A DNA stretch of 64,000 nucleotides, from the NCBI GenBank assembly GCA_965214095.1, contig OZ243938.1:3776001-3840000 (forward strand). The letters run 5' to 3'. Shown piece after piece: positions 9,653-19,208 of this stretch. The number at the start of each line of letters is the position of its first letter. The stretch's first letter is position 1. The notes under the pieces were generated by a model, which did not search any database, was not told the DNA's origin, and was given only the letters and a program-made list of their open reading frames with translations. Source of the DNA: Candidatus Poribacteria bacterium (GTDB taxonomy: Bacteria > Poribacteria > WGA-4E > WGA-3G). A program made the translations under genes and the position numbers.

Positions 9653-10492
9653 ATGAAAAGAAACAACATATCTGTATTTCTAATCGTTACCATATTCATC
9701 TTGGTCAACGTTGCTATCGCAAGTGCACAGATATATTATCCAACAGATCTTGGCAACGAGTGGGTATTGGAAAGCGAGGATAGAGCTGAAAGAATTACTT
9801 ACACAATTGAAGCATCTGAAGAAACCATCAACGATATTAATCTCTCACTACTGAAAATTCAGCATGAGACTGTAGGTACAGATTCAATCACGGCTGAGAG
9901 ATATTTTGTGGATTTTGACGAGGAAGGTATTAAACTTTATAAATATGAAGTGGAACTCGGTGACCCTTTCGGAGTCGCAACTGGCTTATTATACCCACCG
10001 ATCCTCTTTTACCCGTTGACTCTGGAAGTCGGTGACACATGGGAATTTTCAACTGAAACAGAAGTCATCTTAGTCGGACCGGTCCTATTCACAAGTATCA
10101 GTAAAGTTGTTGACAAAGAAGATGTTGAAACACCTGCGGGGATATTTAAAGATTGTCCAAAAATTACGATACGCACAATAAATGAGATTGCGTTATCAAG
10201 AACGCGTTCAACTTCTCACCTGTGGCTTGCTCCGGACTTCGGTCCAGTCAAATTTGAGAATAGTCAAGATATCGTTTATACATTAGTTAGCTCCAACCTG
10301 CTGCCAAATATCTCAGACTATGATGTGACAGGAGATGGTGTCATCAACATCTTAGACCTCGTATATGTAGCTGCTCGCTTCGGTGAGGATACTGATGAAG
10401 GGGATGTTAACAACGATGGGAAGGTTAATATTCTGGATTTAACGCTAGTCGCCAAGTATTTCGGAAAAGAAACCGATGCAGAATCAGACTAA
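9653..10492 (+). CDS. Secreted protein, shared-N-domain paralog 3, with C-terminal dockerin
   Basis: AQIYYPTDLGNEW...LWLAPDFGPVKF; duplicated DVTGDGVINILDL / DVNNDGKVNILDL. Confidence 0.85.
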   Translation: MKRNNISVFLIVTIFILVNVAIASAQIYYPTDLGNEWVLESEDRAERITYTIEASEETINDINLSLLKIQHETVGTDSITAERYFVDFDEEGIKLYKYEVELGDPFGVATGLLYPPILFYPLTLEVGDTWEFSTETEVILVGPVLFTSISKVVDKEDVETPAGIFKDCPKITIRTINEIALSRTRSTSHLWLAPDFGPVKFENSQDIVYTLVSSNLLPNISDYDVTGDGVINILDLVYVAARFGEDTDEGDVNNDGKVNILDLTLVAKYFGKETDAESD

Positions 10493-10496
10493 TATT

Positions 10497-12092
10497 CTAT
10501 AATCTCCGCTGTTGCATTTCGTTCGCTTCAAGCGTCTCCTCAAACCATTGACTGTCTTCAATAGTCTTGCATTCTACATCTAACTGTAAATGTGCTTGCC
10601 AAGAGAATTTGAGCGGTGAATCACCACTATTATAGAAGATTACTTCAACCTTTTCTTCCTCATCAACTATAGGTCTTACCAAAGAAAGTAGAGTTGATGG
10701 ATTCTGATTCGTCCCATCTTCCTTTCTAATTGTAATTAACGGGGAGACCTTACCCAAGATCTCGCGAGAGCCAAGAATTAGAGGACCATAGCAAGCGGTG
10801 ACTGCACCTTGTCCCCAATTACGACCATGTCCCGCTGCAACGGAACAAACCGCACCACCCATATCCGCATGTTCTCTGCCACCTCGTAGGACGCGCCGTG
10901 CCATAGTCAGACGCGTTGCGGCATTTTTCAAGGCACGTAACGCATATCCAATTTCTCCTGTTATCTGATATGCAAGCGTTAGTGTCGCAGTTGTTGGTTC
11001 CTGAATCGGTTTCACAGAACCATCATCCGACCATTCACCCCAATAAGCCATATCCGCGCGTTTACCGACACCCGGTTCTCTGCGACGGTATTGCTCAGGA
11101 AATACAAGGGCAAGTAGTTCAGGTGGAGTAGATGGAAGCTGATGCAAACCTTCTACTATAGCATCATCATAACATGTATCGTTAAATATCCAACGATAAT
11201 AACTCAAGGCTGCGGCTGCAGGATCATTAAATGGATCGTTCAGTGATGGGATAAGTGGTTCAACAATACGTTTCGCAGCAGATTGAAAAATCTCATCTCC
11301 CGACAAGAGAAACAAGTCACCCAACGCATAGATGGCACCAGATGCAAGTAGAACTTCAATCCCTGCCAAAGGATCACCCGGTATGTGATGTGAACTCGCG
11401 ACTAATCGGTGTAGATTCTTTGTGTTAACCTCTTCTTCACTCAAACCGTTTCCATCCAAATCCCACAACAACGGCATCGGATTCGGTGCTTCAATGATAC
11501 GTTCAGCACGTTTTCGTCCATAGCGCAATCCCCACTCTACATATCGCTTCTCTCCAGAATAACGATATGCCGCAAGGGCAATGTGAATAAAACGGAAGTG
11601 TTCCGCAAGTTGATATGCGTTCCTGTCATCGTTCTCAACATATTCCGTGCCGATATTATACCCGATAAAGACATCGCGTGTATAGTCGTACCACGGTGGC
11701 ACATCCGGCACCCAATTGCCGATATGTTCGGCAGCATCTGTTAGGAGTGCTATCGTTTCAGAATCATCAGGTTTGAGACCGATATAACGAGGTAGGAAAA
11801 GCAGGAAAGGTTCAGGTCCGTGGTGTGCTTCTGCTTTCGGCTCATACCCATGCACACAATCACGTTCTATCCAACCAGCGAGTTCAGATTTGAGCACATC
11901 AAAGTGTCGCAGAACGGTCGGATCACCAGTGATTAAATAGTGTGGAAACCAAGAGAGTGCGTAGTTTGCCTCATCCTCACCACCCTTGTTTGGTCCAGGT
12001 GGGTCGAGAAGCATGCTCTGTTGAAGCCAACGTCCCATCTCAGATCTCAGGGAATCGAAAGCGTTGTAACATTTGTGGATTTCATATTTCAT
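10497..12092 (-). CDS. Hypothetical protein (possible alpha/alpha-toroid carbohydrate-active enzyme)
   Basis: 531-aa ORF overlapping the stop of the upstream epimerase; fold is a guess. Confidence 0.6.
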   Translation of the reverse strand: MKYEIHKCYNAFDSLRSEMGRWLQQSMLLDPPGPNKGGEDEANYALSWFPHYLITGDPTVLRHFDVLKSELAGWIERDCVHGYEPKAEAHHGPEPFLLFLPRYIGLKPDDSETIALLTDAAEHIGNWVPDVPPWYDYTRDVFIGYNIGTEYVENDDRNAYQLAEHFRFIHIALAAYRYSGEKRYVEWGLRYGRKRAERIIEAPNPMPLLWDLDGNGLSEEEVNTKNLHRLVASSHHIPGDPLAGIEVLLASGAIYALGDLFLLSGDEIFQSAAKRIVEPLIPSLNDPFNDPAAAALSYYRWIFNDTCYDDAIVEGLHQLPSTPPELLALVFPEQYRRREPGVGKRADMAYWGEWSDDGSVKPIQEPTTATLTLAYQITGEIGYALRALKNAATRLTMARRVLRGGREHADMGGAVCSVAAGHGRNWGQGAVTACYGPLILGSREILGKVSPLITIRKEDGTNQNPSTLLSLVRPIVDEEEKVEVIFYNSGDSPLKFSWQAHLQLDVECKTIEDSQWFEETLEANEMQQRRL

Positions 12093-12898
12093 AATAGAGT
12101 ATTCAAAAAGTCAATGCTCTTGCTTGCGATGGTCTTTGGATCTGGTTTGAAATCAAACACCTCTGTTGAGAGATAACCGCTATAGTCAATTTCTTTCAAC
12201 GCGTCAATTATCGGCTGGTAATCCACATTTCCAGAACCGGGCAGATAACCATTATCGTCATTGGAGTGGAAATGAGCAACGTGTTTGGCACAGTTACGAA
12301 TCTGTGTCGGCATATCCAATCCTTCTTTAGCCGTACTACACACATCCAAAATCATCTGAAAGTTAGGATGATTCACTGCCTCAACCATTTCAACCGCTTT
12401 GTCAGGATGTGAGATAAAATTTGTTTGATCACTGGATAACGGTTCCATGCACAATATGACACCTCTTTCACCAGCAAGTTCCGCGCCTGCCGTAAAGGTA
12501 TCCTGTGCATAACCCCAAGCTTGTTCAAAACTGAGGGGTTCCATAACGTTCCGTTGTTGCGGAGAACCAAAAACCAATATCTTGCCATCCAAATCCGCAC
12601 AGAGATTGATAAGAGCAAGTAAGTAGTCTCTCGTTTCGTTCCGGATGTCTTCTTCAGGATGGTTGATGTAGAGTCCTGGTGGCGACACAAGCAGCCAATG
12701 CAGTCCAGCAATTTCTATCTTAGCATCTTGAGCAGCCTTTCGTATCTGTGTTCGTTCTGTTTCACTGATATCCAAAACAGAATCTGCCAATGTAAAAGGA
12801 GCTATTTCAACCGCATCATAACCCAATTCTGCAGCGTAAGTGAATACATCTTCTATCTTCCAATTTTCAAACATTTCGTTGCATATCGCAAGTTTCAT
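12089..12898 (-). CDS. Sugar phosphate isomerase/epimerase (D-tagatose 3-epimerase-like TIM barrel)
   Basis: MKLAICNE start; GYDAVEIAP, MEPL, HFHSND, PGSG, STEVF. Confidence 0.88.
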   Translation of the reverse strand: MKLAICNEMFENWKIEDVFTYAAELGYDAVEIAPFTLADSVLDISETERTQIRKAAQDAKIEIAGLHWLLVSPPGLYINHPEEDIRNETRDYLLALINLCADLDGKILVFGSPQQRNVMEPLSFEQAWGYAQDTFTAGAELAGERGVILCMEPLSSDQTNFISHPDKAVEMVEAVNHPNFQMILDVCSTAKEGLDMPTQIRNCAKHVAHFHSNDDNGYLPGSGNVDYQPIIDALKEIDYSGYLSTEVFDFKPDPKTIASKSIDFLNTLL

Positions 12899-13125
12899 TC
12901 TTATCTCCATTCCAATTTTTTTTATGAATTCTACTTGATTATTGGAATTTTGTCAAGTTCTTGCTTTCACTCCTATAGATTCTATAGAAGTTGCTGGAAG
13001 GCTAAATTTGTAATTCTAATACTAATCTGATATACTTATATTATCTGGTTTTAGACTATATCCAATTACGCCTTTTAACTCCAAGATATCAATAGATTAA
13101 CACAGCAGTTGGTGCGTGAACAATC

Positions 13126-14058
13126 ATGAATACAGACACATTAACTAATACAATTATCGTTGCAGATGCAACGAAGGTATTACCTAAACTCATCAAGGCA
13201 AAAAAGCAATACGATGTGATTATTGCCGATCCACCATACAACATTGGCAAAGACTTTGGGGATCACACTGAAGTCATGCCGATTGACGATTATGTTGAGT
13301 GGACGGAAGCATGGATAAAGGAATGTCTTCAACTATTGACAGATGACGGTTTGCTTTACTTGTATGGATTTCCAGAAATTATTGCAAGAATATCGGTGCA
13401 TTTCCCTATTCACGAGCAACGCTGGCTGGTATGGCACTATACTAATAAAACGGTACCTTCATTGAAATTCTGGCAAAGGTCACACGAAACGATATTATGT
13501 CTTTGGAAACCGAATACACCTCGCACTGATTTGGAAATAGACCAAATCAGGGAACCGTATACCAAAAGTTTCCTAAAGAACGCAGCAGGTAAAGTACGAA
13601 AGGACACGCCTTCGCGGTACGGATCAGTTGGAAAAACGACAATCTATAATGCACACAAGAACGGTGCCTTACCGAGAGATGTTATAAAAATTCCTGCCTT
13701 AGCGGGTGGTGCAGGTCGATCTGAAAGATGGTTTCTTTGTAAGACGTGCGGTTCTCAGGTTTATCCTCCTGCCGAACTATCTGTACATCGTGAACACGAT
13801 ATATTAAAGCATCCCACTCAAAAACCGATGGAATTAACGAGACGACTCATCTTGTCTCGTATCAATGGAAATAACGGTAAGGTACTTATTCCATTTGCAG
13901 GCTCTGGTTCAGAGTGTGTTGTAGCACAGACACTGGGGATTGAATTTCTTGGTATAGAGATAAACCCTGAGTTTTCAGACTTTGCTGAAAAATGGATTGA
14001 ATATGAACGTGAAAATTCACCAAAGATGTTGCTCTTTGGAGACATAAATGAAATATGA
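13126..14058 (+). CDS. Site-specific DNA methyltransferase (N4/N6, beta class), orphan
   Basis: DPPY near the N-terminus, then HPTQKP and PFAGSG near the C-terminus. Confidence 0.92.
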   Translation: MNTDTLTNTIIVADATKVLPKLIKAKKQYDVIIADPPYNIGKDFGDHTEVMPIDDYVEWTEAWIKECLQLLTDDGLLYLYGFPEIIARISVHFPIHEQRWLVWHYTNKTVPSLKFWQRSHETILCLWKPNTPRTDLEIDQIREPYTKSFLKNAAGKVRKDTPSRYGSVGKTTIYNAHKNGALPRDVIKIPALAGGAGRSERWFLCKTCGSQVYPPAELSVHREHDILKHPTQKPMELTRRLILSRINGNNGKVLIPFAGSGSECVVAQTLGIEFLGIEINPEFSDFAEKWIEYERENSPKMLLFGDINEI

Positions 14059-14225
14059 GAGAAAGATGTACAGGTTAGCAGTGAAATGGATTGGTTAATA
14101 CTTAATCGTACTATTGTATATGTAGGATCACTTAAGATTGAAGGTAAGAATTATAACTGTAATCCCCAAAATTTAAAATCCTTTCAATGAAGTCATAAAA
14201 CAACTTGACTACAACGAAATCTAAA

Positions 14226-15062
14226 CTAATCCATCAATGCCCCACCCGCAACAGGAATAGACAACCCCGTCAAATACGCAGCTTCATCCGAAGCAAGAAA
14301 CGCTGCCATCTTCGCAACATCCGCACCCGTTGCAAGTCGTCCTAACGGTACAGACTGCTCAGATCGCTGAACAAATTCTGCACGTTGTTCCTCAGCAGAA
14401 AGGTCTTTTGACATAAGTGCTGATGCCAAATGCGACACACGTTCTGTATCTACAAGACTCGGACACAACGCATTGACATTAATCTGATAAGGTGCAAGTT
14501 CGTGTGCTAAGGATTGCGTCAATCCGATGACTGCGAATTTTGATGCACTATATGCACCATAACTTGCCGCACCTTGTTTTCCTCTAAGTGATGAAAGATT
14601 GATTATTTTTCCACCAGTTCCTTGTGCAATAAGATGACGCGCCACCGCTCGACAGCAGAGAAACACACCTTTCACATTCACACGCTGCACTCTATCCCAG
14701 TCCTCTTCGGTAAGGTCAACCACAGGAACACGATCCTTTCCGGCTTTTGTTCCAGCATTGTTGACAAGGATATCAATGCTACCGAAATGAGAAACGGTCT
14801 TATCCACCATCTTCTCTACCTGCTTTGCATCCGAAACATCAGCGACAACACTAATTGCCCGCCGGTTCATCGCTTCTATTTCCGTAACAACATCCGATAA
14901 ACCACCCCAAGCCGTATCATCAGCAGCATAAGGATTTTCAGCGATATCGTTGACAGCAACATCTGCCCCTTCCTTAGCTAAACGCAATGCGATAGCGCGT
15001 CCGATGCCGTTCCTGCCTCCCGACCCTGTAACCAATGCCACTTTGCCGTTTAGATTATACAT
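14226..15062 (-). CDS. Short-chain dehydrogenase/reductase
   Basis: TGSGGRNGIG, NNAG, YSASK. Confidence 0.92.
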   Translation of the reverse strand: MYNLNGKVALVTGSGGRNGIGRAIALRLAKEGADVAVNDIAENPYAADDTAWGGLSDVVTEIEAMNRRAISVVADVSDAKQVEKMVDKTVSHFGSIDILVNNAGTKAGKDRVPVVDLTEEDWDRVQRVNVKGVFLCCRAVARHLIAQGTGGKIINLSSLRGKQGAASYGAYSASKFAVIGLTQSLAHELAPYQINVNALCPSLVDTERVSHLASALMSKDLSAEEQRAEFVQRSEQSVPLGRLATGADVAKMAAFLASDEAAYLTGLSIPVAGGALMD

Positions 15063-15130
15063 TGGGAGAGCAACTCCTTATCATTAAACCGTTTCTACAT
15101 GATTACCTTTAGATGCCATAAAACTGGTTC

Positions 15131-15199
15131 GCAGTCGCGCAATTCATTGCGCCTCGGACATTCAAGTTCAAATGAGAAAATCATTAATAGAATTGGTAT
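15131..15199 (+). repeat. REP-like family A copy
   Basis: GCAGTCGCGCAATTCATTGCGCCTCGGACAT...AGAATTGGTAT. Confidence 0.8.
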
Positions 15200-15241
15200 C
15201 ACATAGAAGTAGAAGGGAATACGGATAGGAAAACAAATGAT

Positions 15242-16036
15242 TTAGATCGACTGCTTGAGTGCACCCCATGTCAACGCAAGTTTACCGGTAGGTTCAACAT
15301 CCAAAAACTCTTTGTCAAAAGTCAGGTCACCGTAAGCCACTGGATCCCATGCCTGACCTGGCATCCATCCAGCCTGAAGTTCCCGACTGCCATTTTCACA
15401 ATCATTGTAATGGAAACTCAAACCGATAGTTAACCCATCTTTTGCTTTGAAGTTATTGCCTTTCGTCGCGTTACCCGGATTCGGTCCACGTGCTGCTGAT
15501 GCATCTATTGCAATTTCATAGATGTAATTATTACCATCCACAACCAATTCCCATTCCGTATTCGCCTTTGATGCAGCCGCAGAAAGATCTTCACCATTCG
15601 CACCAAGTGTCCATTGAACAAGTGAATCTCTTATAATATCGTTGTCAAAATCAAACATCAATTCAACACTATCGTCCTGCCACCAGTTACTGTCCGGTGG
15701 GTTGATGTCCTGTAGTTTATCATCTGTGATTTCAACAAGAAAATAGATACGAGTGGGGTCGGATGCACTCCAAGCAACGCGTCCTTGTCCCTCAAAATCT
15801 TTGGCATTGGGCAATGCACCACCCACATCCTTTACTTCGTCAAAGGCAACTATCTCTGCCCGTTCCCATTCGCCAATCTTACCGTCTATCTTGAGATTAG
15901 AAATCTGTTTTGCCACATATTCTTTATCACGTTTTGCAGCATAAGTTATGTCCGTCAGAAATATTATTAGTAGAAGTCCTATGAAGACTACAACTATACG
16001 CTTAATGTCCATAATAAACCTTACTTTATTAATCAT
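15242..16036 (-). CDS. Secreted CBM9-like/DOMON sugar-binding protein with C-terminal KLxxTWGxxK motif
   Basis: Signal peptide, IDGKIGEW, DDSVEL, YEIAI; ends VEPTGKLALTWGALKQSI. Confidence 0.78.
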   Translation of the reverse strand: MINKVRFIMDIKRIVVVFIGLLLIIFLTDITYAAKRDKEYVAKQISNLKIDGKIGEWERAEIVAFDEVKDVGGALPNAKDFEGQGRVAWSASDPTRIYFLVEITDDKLQDINPPDSNWWQDDSVELMFDFDNDIIRDSLVQWTLGANGEDLSAAASKANTEWELVVDGNNYIYEIAIDASAARGPNPGNATKGNNFKAKDGLTIGLSFHYNDCENGSRELQAGWMPGQAWDPVAYGDLTFDKEFLDVEPTGKLALTWGALKQSI

Positions 16037-16290
16037 GTGTACTCTCCTTTATTAGTAGTGTTAGTCCTGTAGGGACGATATGTTTATAGATAAAATGTTT
16101 CGCAACCTATTGAGTTCTGTAGAAATGATATGTGTATAATTACAATAATATGTCCAGAATCAGTTATAATGTCATTCTTTTCTCTCTAAGAATAGTGGAG
16201 TGTCGATTCGGACAAGATTAGTGTAGACAGAACAATAGTTGTAATTTGAAAAAATATTATAGGTAGCAACTTAGGTTTCAATATAAAGTT

Positions 16291-16339
16291 ATTCTCAAGA
16301 TAATGGACGGATATTGGATCCGTCCATTATCTTGAGAAT
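16291..16339. terminator. Perfect 22-bp inverted repeat downstream of the LamG gene
   Basis: ATTCTCAAGATAATGGACGGAT-attgg-ATCCGTCCATTATCTTGAGAAT. Confidence 0.65.
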
Positions 16340-16373
16340 CAGGAAAGTAATTTACTATGAGAAATACTTAACG

Positions 16374-17129
16374 CTACTTTTTTATATTACCCCATGTAGT
16401 AGCTAGTTTTGCTTTTGGGTCAACAGCAGTGACATTTGTTACCAAACCGTTATTCATGACATCTTGAACATCCCCTTCATCCAAGAATGCATCAAAAATC
16501 ACAAATTCATCTATCAAACCTTGCCACTGTCGGCTACCACCCCAGTCACCAATTCTACCGGGGTCAAGAACACCAGGGTTACCACCCCAATCGCTCTCTA
16601 CATCAAGTTCTCCATTGATAAAAAACCTGATCTTTTTCTCAGTTGCACTGTAAGCTGTTGCAACATGAACCCATTTATTCATTTCTCCCGATGTAAATGC
16701 AAAGTCTGCAAACGCATCATTACCACCGGTATTACCATTAATCGAAAACTCTACTTTGTTATTTGGATGCAATTGATAATGGATATCCCCTGCCTTCCAA
16801 CCTGTGTTGTTGAAGAAAGTACGCCAGCCATTTAACCGACCAGTGCAATTAACCCAGTGAGTGAAAGTTAGTTCCTCAAATGAACCTATCCTTTTAGGAA
16901 TATTAACCCATTCATTTGAACCGTTCAATTGGATTGCCTTGCCGAATTTTCCATCAACATAACTACCGCCTTGTGCATCACCGTCAAAGCCGTTATCCGA
17001 AAAATCCTCTGCATTGCCATCAAATAACCACGCTGCGGCAACCATATCTAACGACACTTCTGCAGATATGGGTAGACAAACGAGTATTAGGATCAATGCA
17101 CCCAAAATGCTTGTTGTTAATTTGAACAA
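16374..17129 (-). CDS. Secreted LamG/concanavalin A-like domain protein
   Basis: AAWLFD, GKFGKAI, WVHVA, FINGELD, GLIDEF; ends AVDPKAKLATTWGNIKK. Confidence 0.88.
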   Translation of the reverse strand: MFKLTTSILGALILILVCLPISAEVSLDMVAAAWLFDGNAEDFSDNGFDGDAQGGSYVDGKFGKAIQLNGSNEWVNIPKRIGSFEELTFTHWVNCTGRLNGWRTFFNNTGWKAGDIHYQLHPNNKVEFSINGNTGGNDAFADFAFTSGEMNKWVHVATAYSATEKKIRFFINGELDVESDWGGNPGVLDPGRIGDWGGSRQWQGLIDEFVIFDAFLDEGDVQDVMNNGLVTNVTAVDPKAKLATTWGNIKK

Positions 17130-17297
17130 AATGTATCTCCTTTATATTAGTCAGAAATTACTCATATACGGTATGCGTGCTTTGTAAGCGCGCTGGATAC
17201 TCAGAATTTTGCCGAAAATTATACACTATTTGTGTTAGAATTGTTGAATAAATTGCTAATAATGACTACATCCTATTCGTGAAAAAATAGATGTTTT

Positions 17298-18049
17298 CTA
17301 TTTCTTGAGACTACCCCAGGTGACTGTGACCTTCTCCTTAGGATCAATAGCAAGACCACTTTCCAACCCATCGTTCATGACAGAATTTATGTCATCTTCA
17401 CTCAATACGGTATTGAAGATGACAAATTCATCAATGAGACCTTGCCACTGTCGGCTGTCACCCCAGTCACCAATTCTACCAGGGTCAAGAACACCAGGAT
17501 TTCCACCCCAATCGTTCTCGGCATCAAGTTCACCGTTGATATAAAATCTTATCTTTTTTCTATTGCACTGTAAGCCGTTGCAATATGAATCCATTTATTC
17601 AATTCCTCACCTGTAACGCGAAAAGTAGCAAACTGATCATTTCCACCAGGATTGCCGTTGATGGAAAATTCCACTCTATTGTCATGGTGCAATTGGTAGT
17701 GAATGTCACCACCTTTCCAACCAGTAACATTGTAGAATGTCCGCCAAGCTCCATCTCTACCAGTGCATTTGACCCAATGCGCGAAGGTAATCTCTTCAAA
17801 TGAACCCATTTTTTTACTAATGGTAACCCATTCAGTTGTTCCGTTGAGTTCAATCGCTTGACCTATTTTGCCCTCAACATATTTACCACCTACAGCTTCA
17901 CCATCAAAACCATTTGCTGACATATCTTTGGCATCGCCATCAAAGAGCCATGCCCCAACAATCATATCTTCCGAGATCTCTGCCACACCGGACATATTCA
18001 GACACAGTATTAGCAGCAGAACCATCGCATAAGTGAATATTCTTAACAA
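17298..18049 (-). pseudogene. LamG domain protein paralog split by a 1-nt frameshift
   Basis: ORFs 17549-18049 and 17298-17594 join into a full paralog of 16374-17129 if the A6 run (T 17554-17559) is A7. Confidence 0.85.
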
Positions 18050-18174
18050 AATGGACCTCCTATGTAAAAACAGAAAATAGAGAACAGAAAAAGTTCCCTT
18101 ACTTTGAATTTCTATACTAAAACCTACGTATTTTTTATATTATCACGAAAACAGATTAAATACAATGAACAGTG

Positions 18175-19056
18175 TTAAATTGACCTATGCTTAGCCACAC
18201 CGCTTGGGTTTTCAAACGCATCCACCCACAGATGACACCATTCCGCGTGATCCTTCAATACAGAATCAGGATTCTTTCGACTGCGAACAACAAAATCAGG
18301 ATGAGAAGTTCTACCAGTATGATGTCCTGTCGTTTGGAAACGCAAGTCTAATGACCAACGGCATCTATCTGACTTATTCGGTTGCGAACGGTGTGGTGCA
18401 AAACGACTGAATAAGATAATATCCCCACGATAACACTCAAGCATTATCGGTTCAAAATCTGGCATCAAATCAGGCACTATCATGGTACCACCCTCTTTCT
18501 GATGTGTCAGGTATCCAATATCATCGGTAACACCGGGTAACGCTTCCAGGCACCCCATTTCAATGGTGCTATCACCTAACGGTAGCCAACATGTAACTAC
18601 ATTTGAACTTTCAGCTTCTTCCATCATAACACCTGCATCCTGATGCCACGGCACACCACCTGCCCAACTTGCATTTCCATCAATAACAGGCGGTTTGGCA
18701 CGCACATGTTGAATCGGATTGCATGTGATTTCAGGTCCAACAACCCCTTCAATGACATCCAGCAGGTTGTCGTTTCTCATGAACTCAAAAATTGCCGTAC
18801 CCCGATAGTGCATAATGTCCATTCCACCGCCAATCTCTCCTGATTGAGCAAGGAGTTTGCCAAAACGTCTATCAAAAGGTTCATCCTCATACAAATTCTC
18901 AATTTTACCATGTTGGTGTAATTCATCCGCACGTTCAGAAATCCAATCCGATATTTCATCAATAACAGGTTGAGTATCTTCATCTGTCAAAGCATTTTTG
19001 ACTAACAGAACACCTTGTGTTTGATATGTTTTCTTCTGTTCAGGTGTAAGTTGCAT
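18175..19056 (-). CDS. Phytanoyl-CoA dioxygenase (PhyH) family protein
   Basis: PWHQD, CWLPL, PHRS..N, RWSLDLR. Confidence 0.9.
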   Translation of the reverse strand: MQLTPEQKKTYQTQGVLLVKNALTDEDTQPVIDEISDWISERADELHQHGKIENLYEDEPFDRRFGKLLAQSGEIGGGMDIMHYRGTAIFEFMRNDNLLDVIEGVVGPEITCNPIQHVRAKPPVIDGNASWAGGVPWHQDAGVMMEEAESSNVVTCWLPLGDSTIEMGCLEALPGVTDDIGYLTHQKEGGTMIVPDLMPDFEPIMLECYRGDIILFSRFAPHRSQPNKSDRCRWSLDLRFQTTGHHTGRTSHPDFVVRSRKNPDSVLKDHAEWCHLWVDAFENPSGVAKHRSI

Positions 19057-19208
19057 ATACTTTCTCCTAAAATCTCAAGTTAGTGTATATAATATCATTA
19101 ACGCTAATGATAGACAAGTGGAAATAGCGAGTGTGCACAAATGAATTGAATTTTCTCAATATAGATGTTATAATTTAAAAAACGAAAATAGGAGGACAGA
19201 CTAATCTA

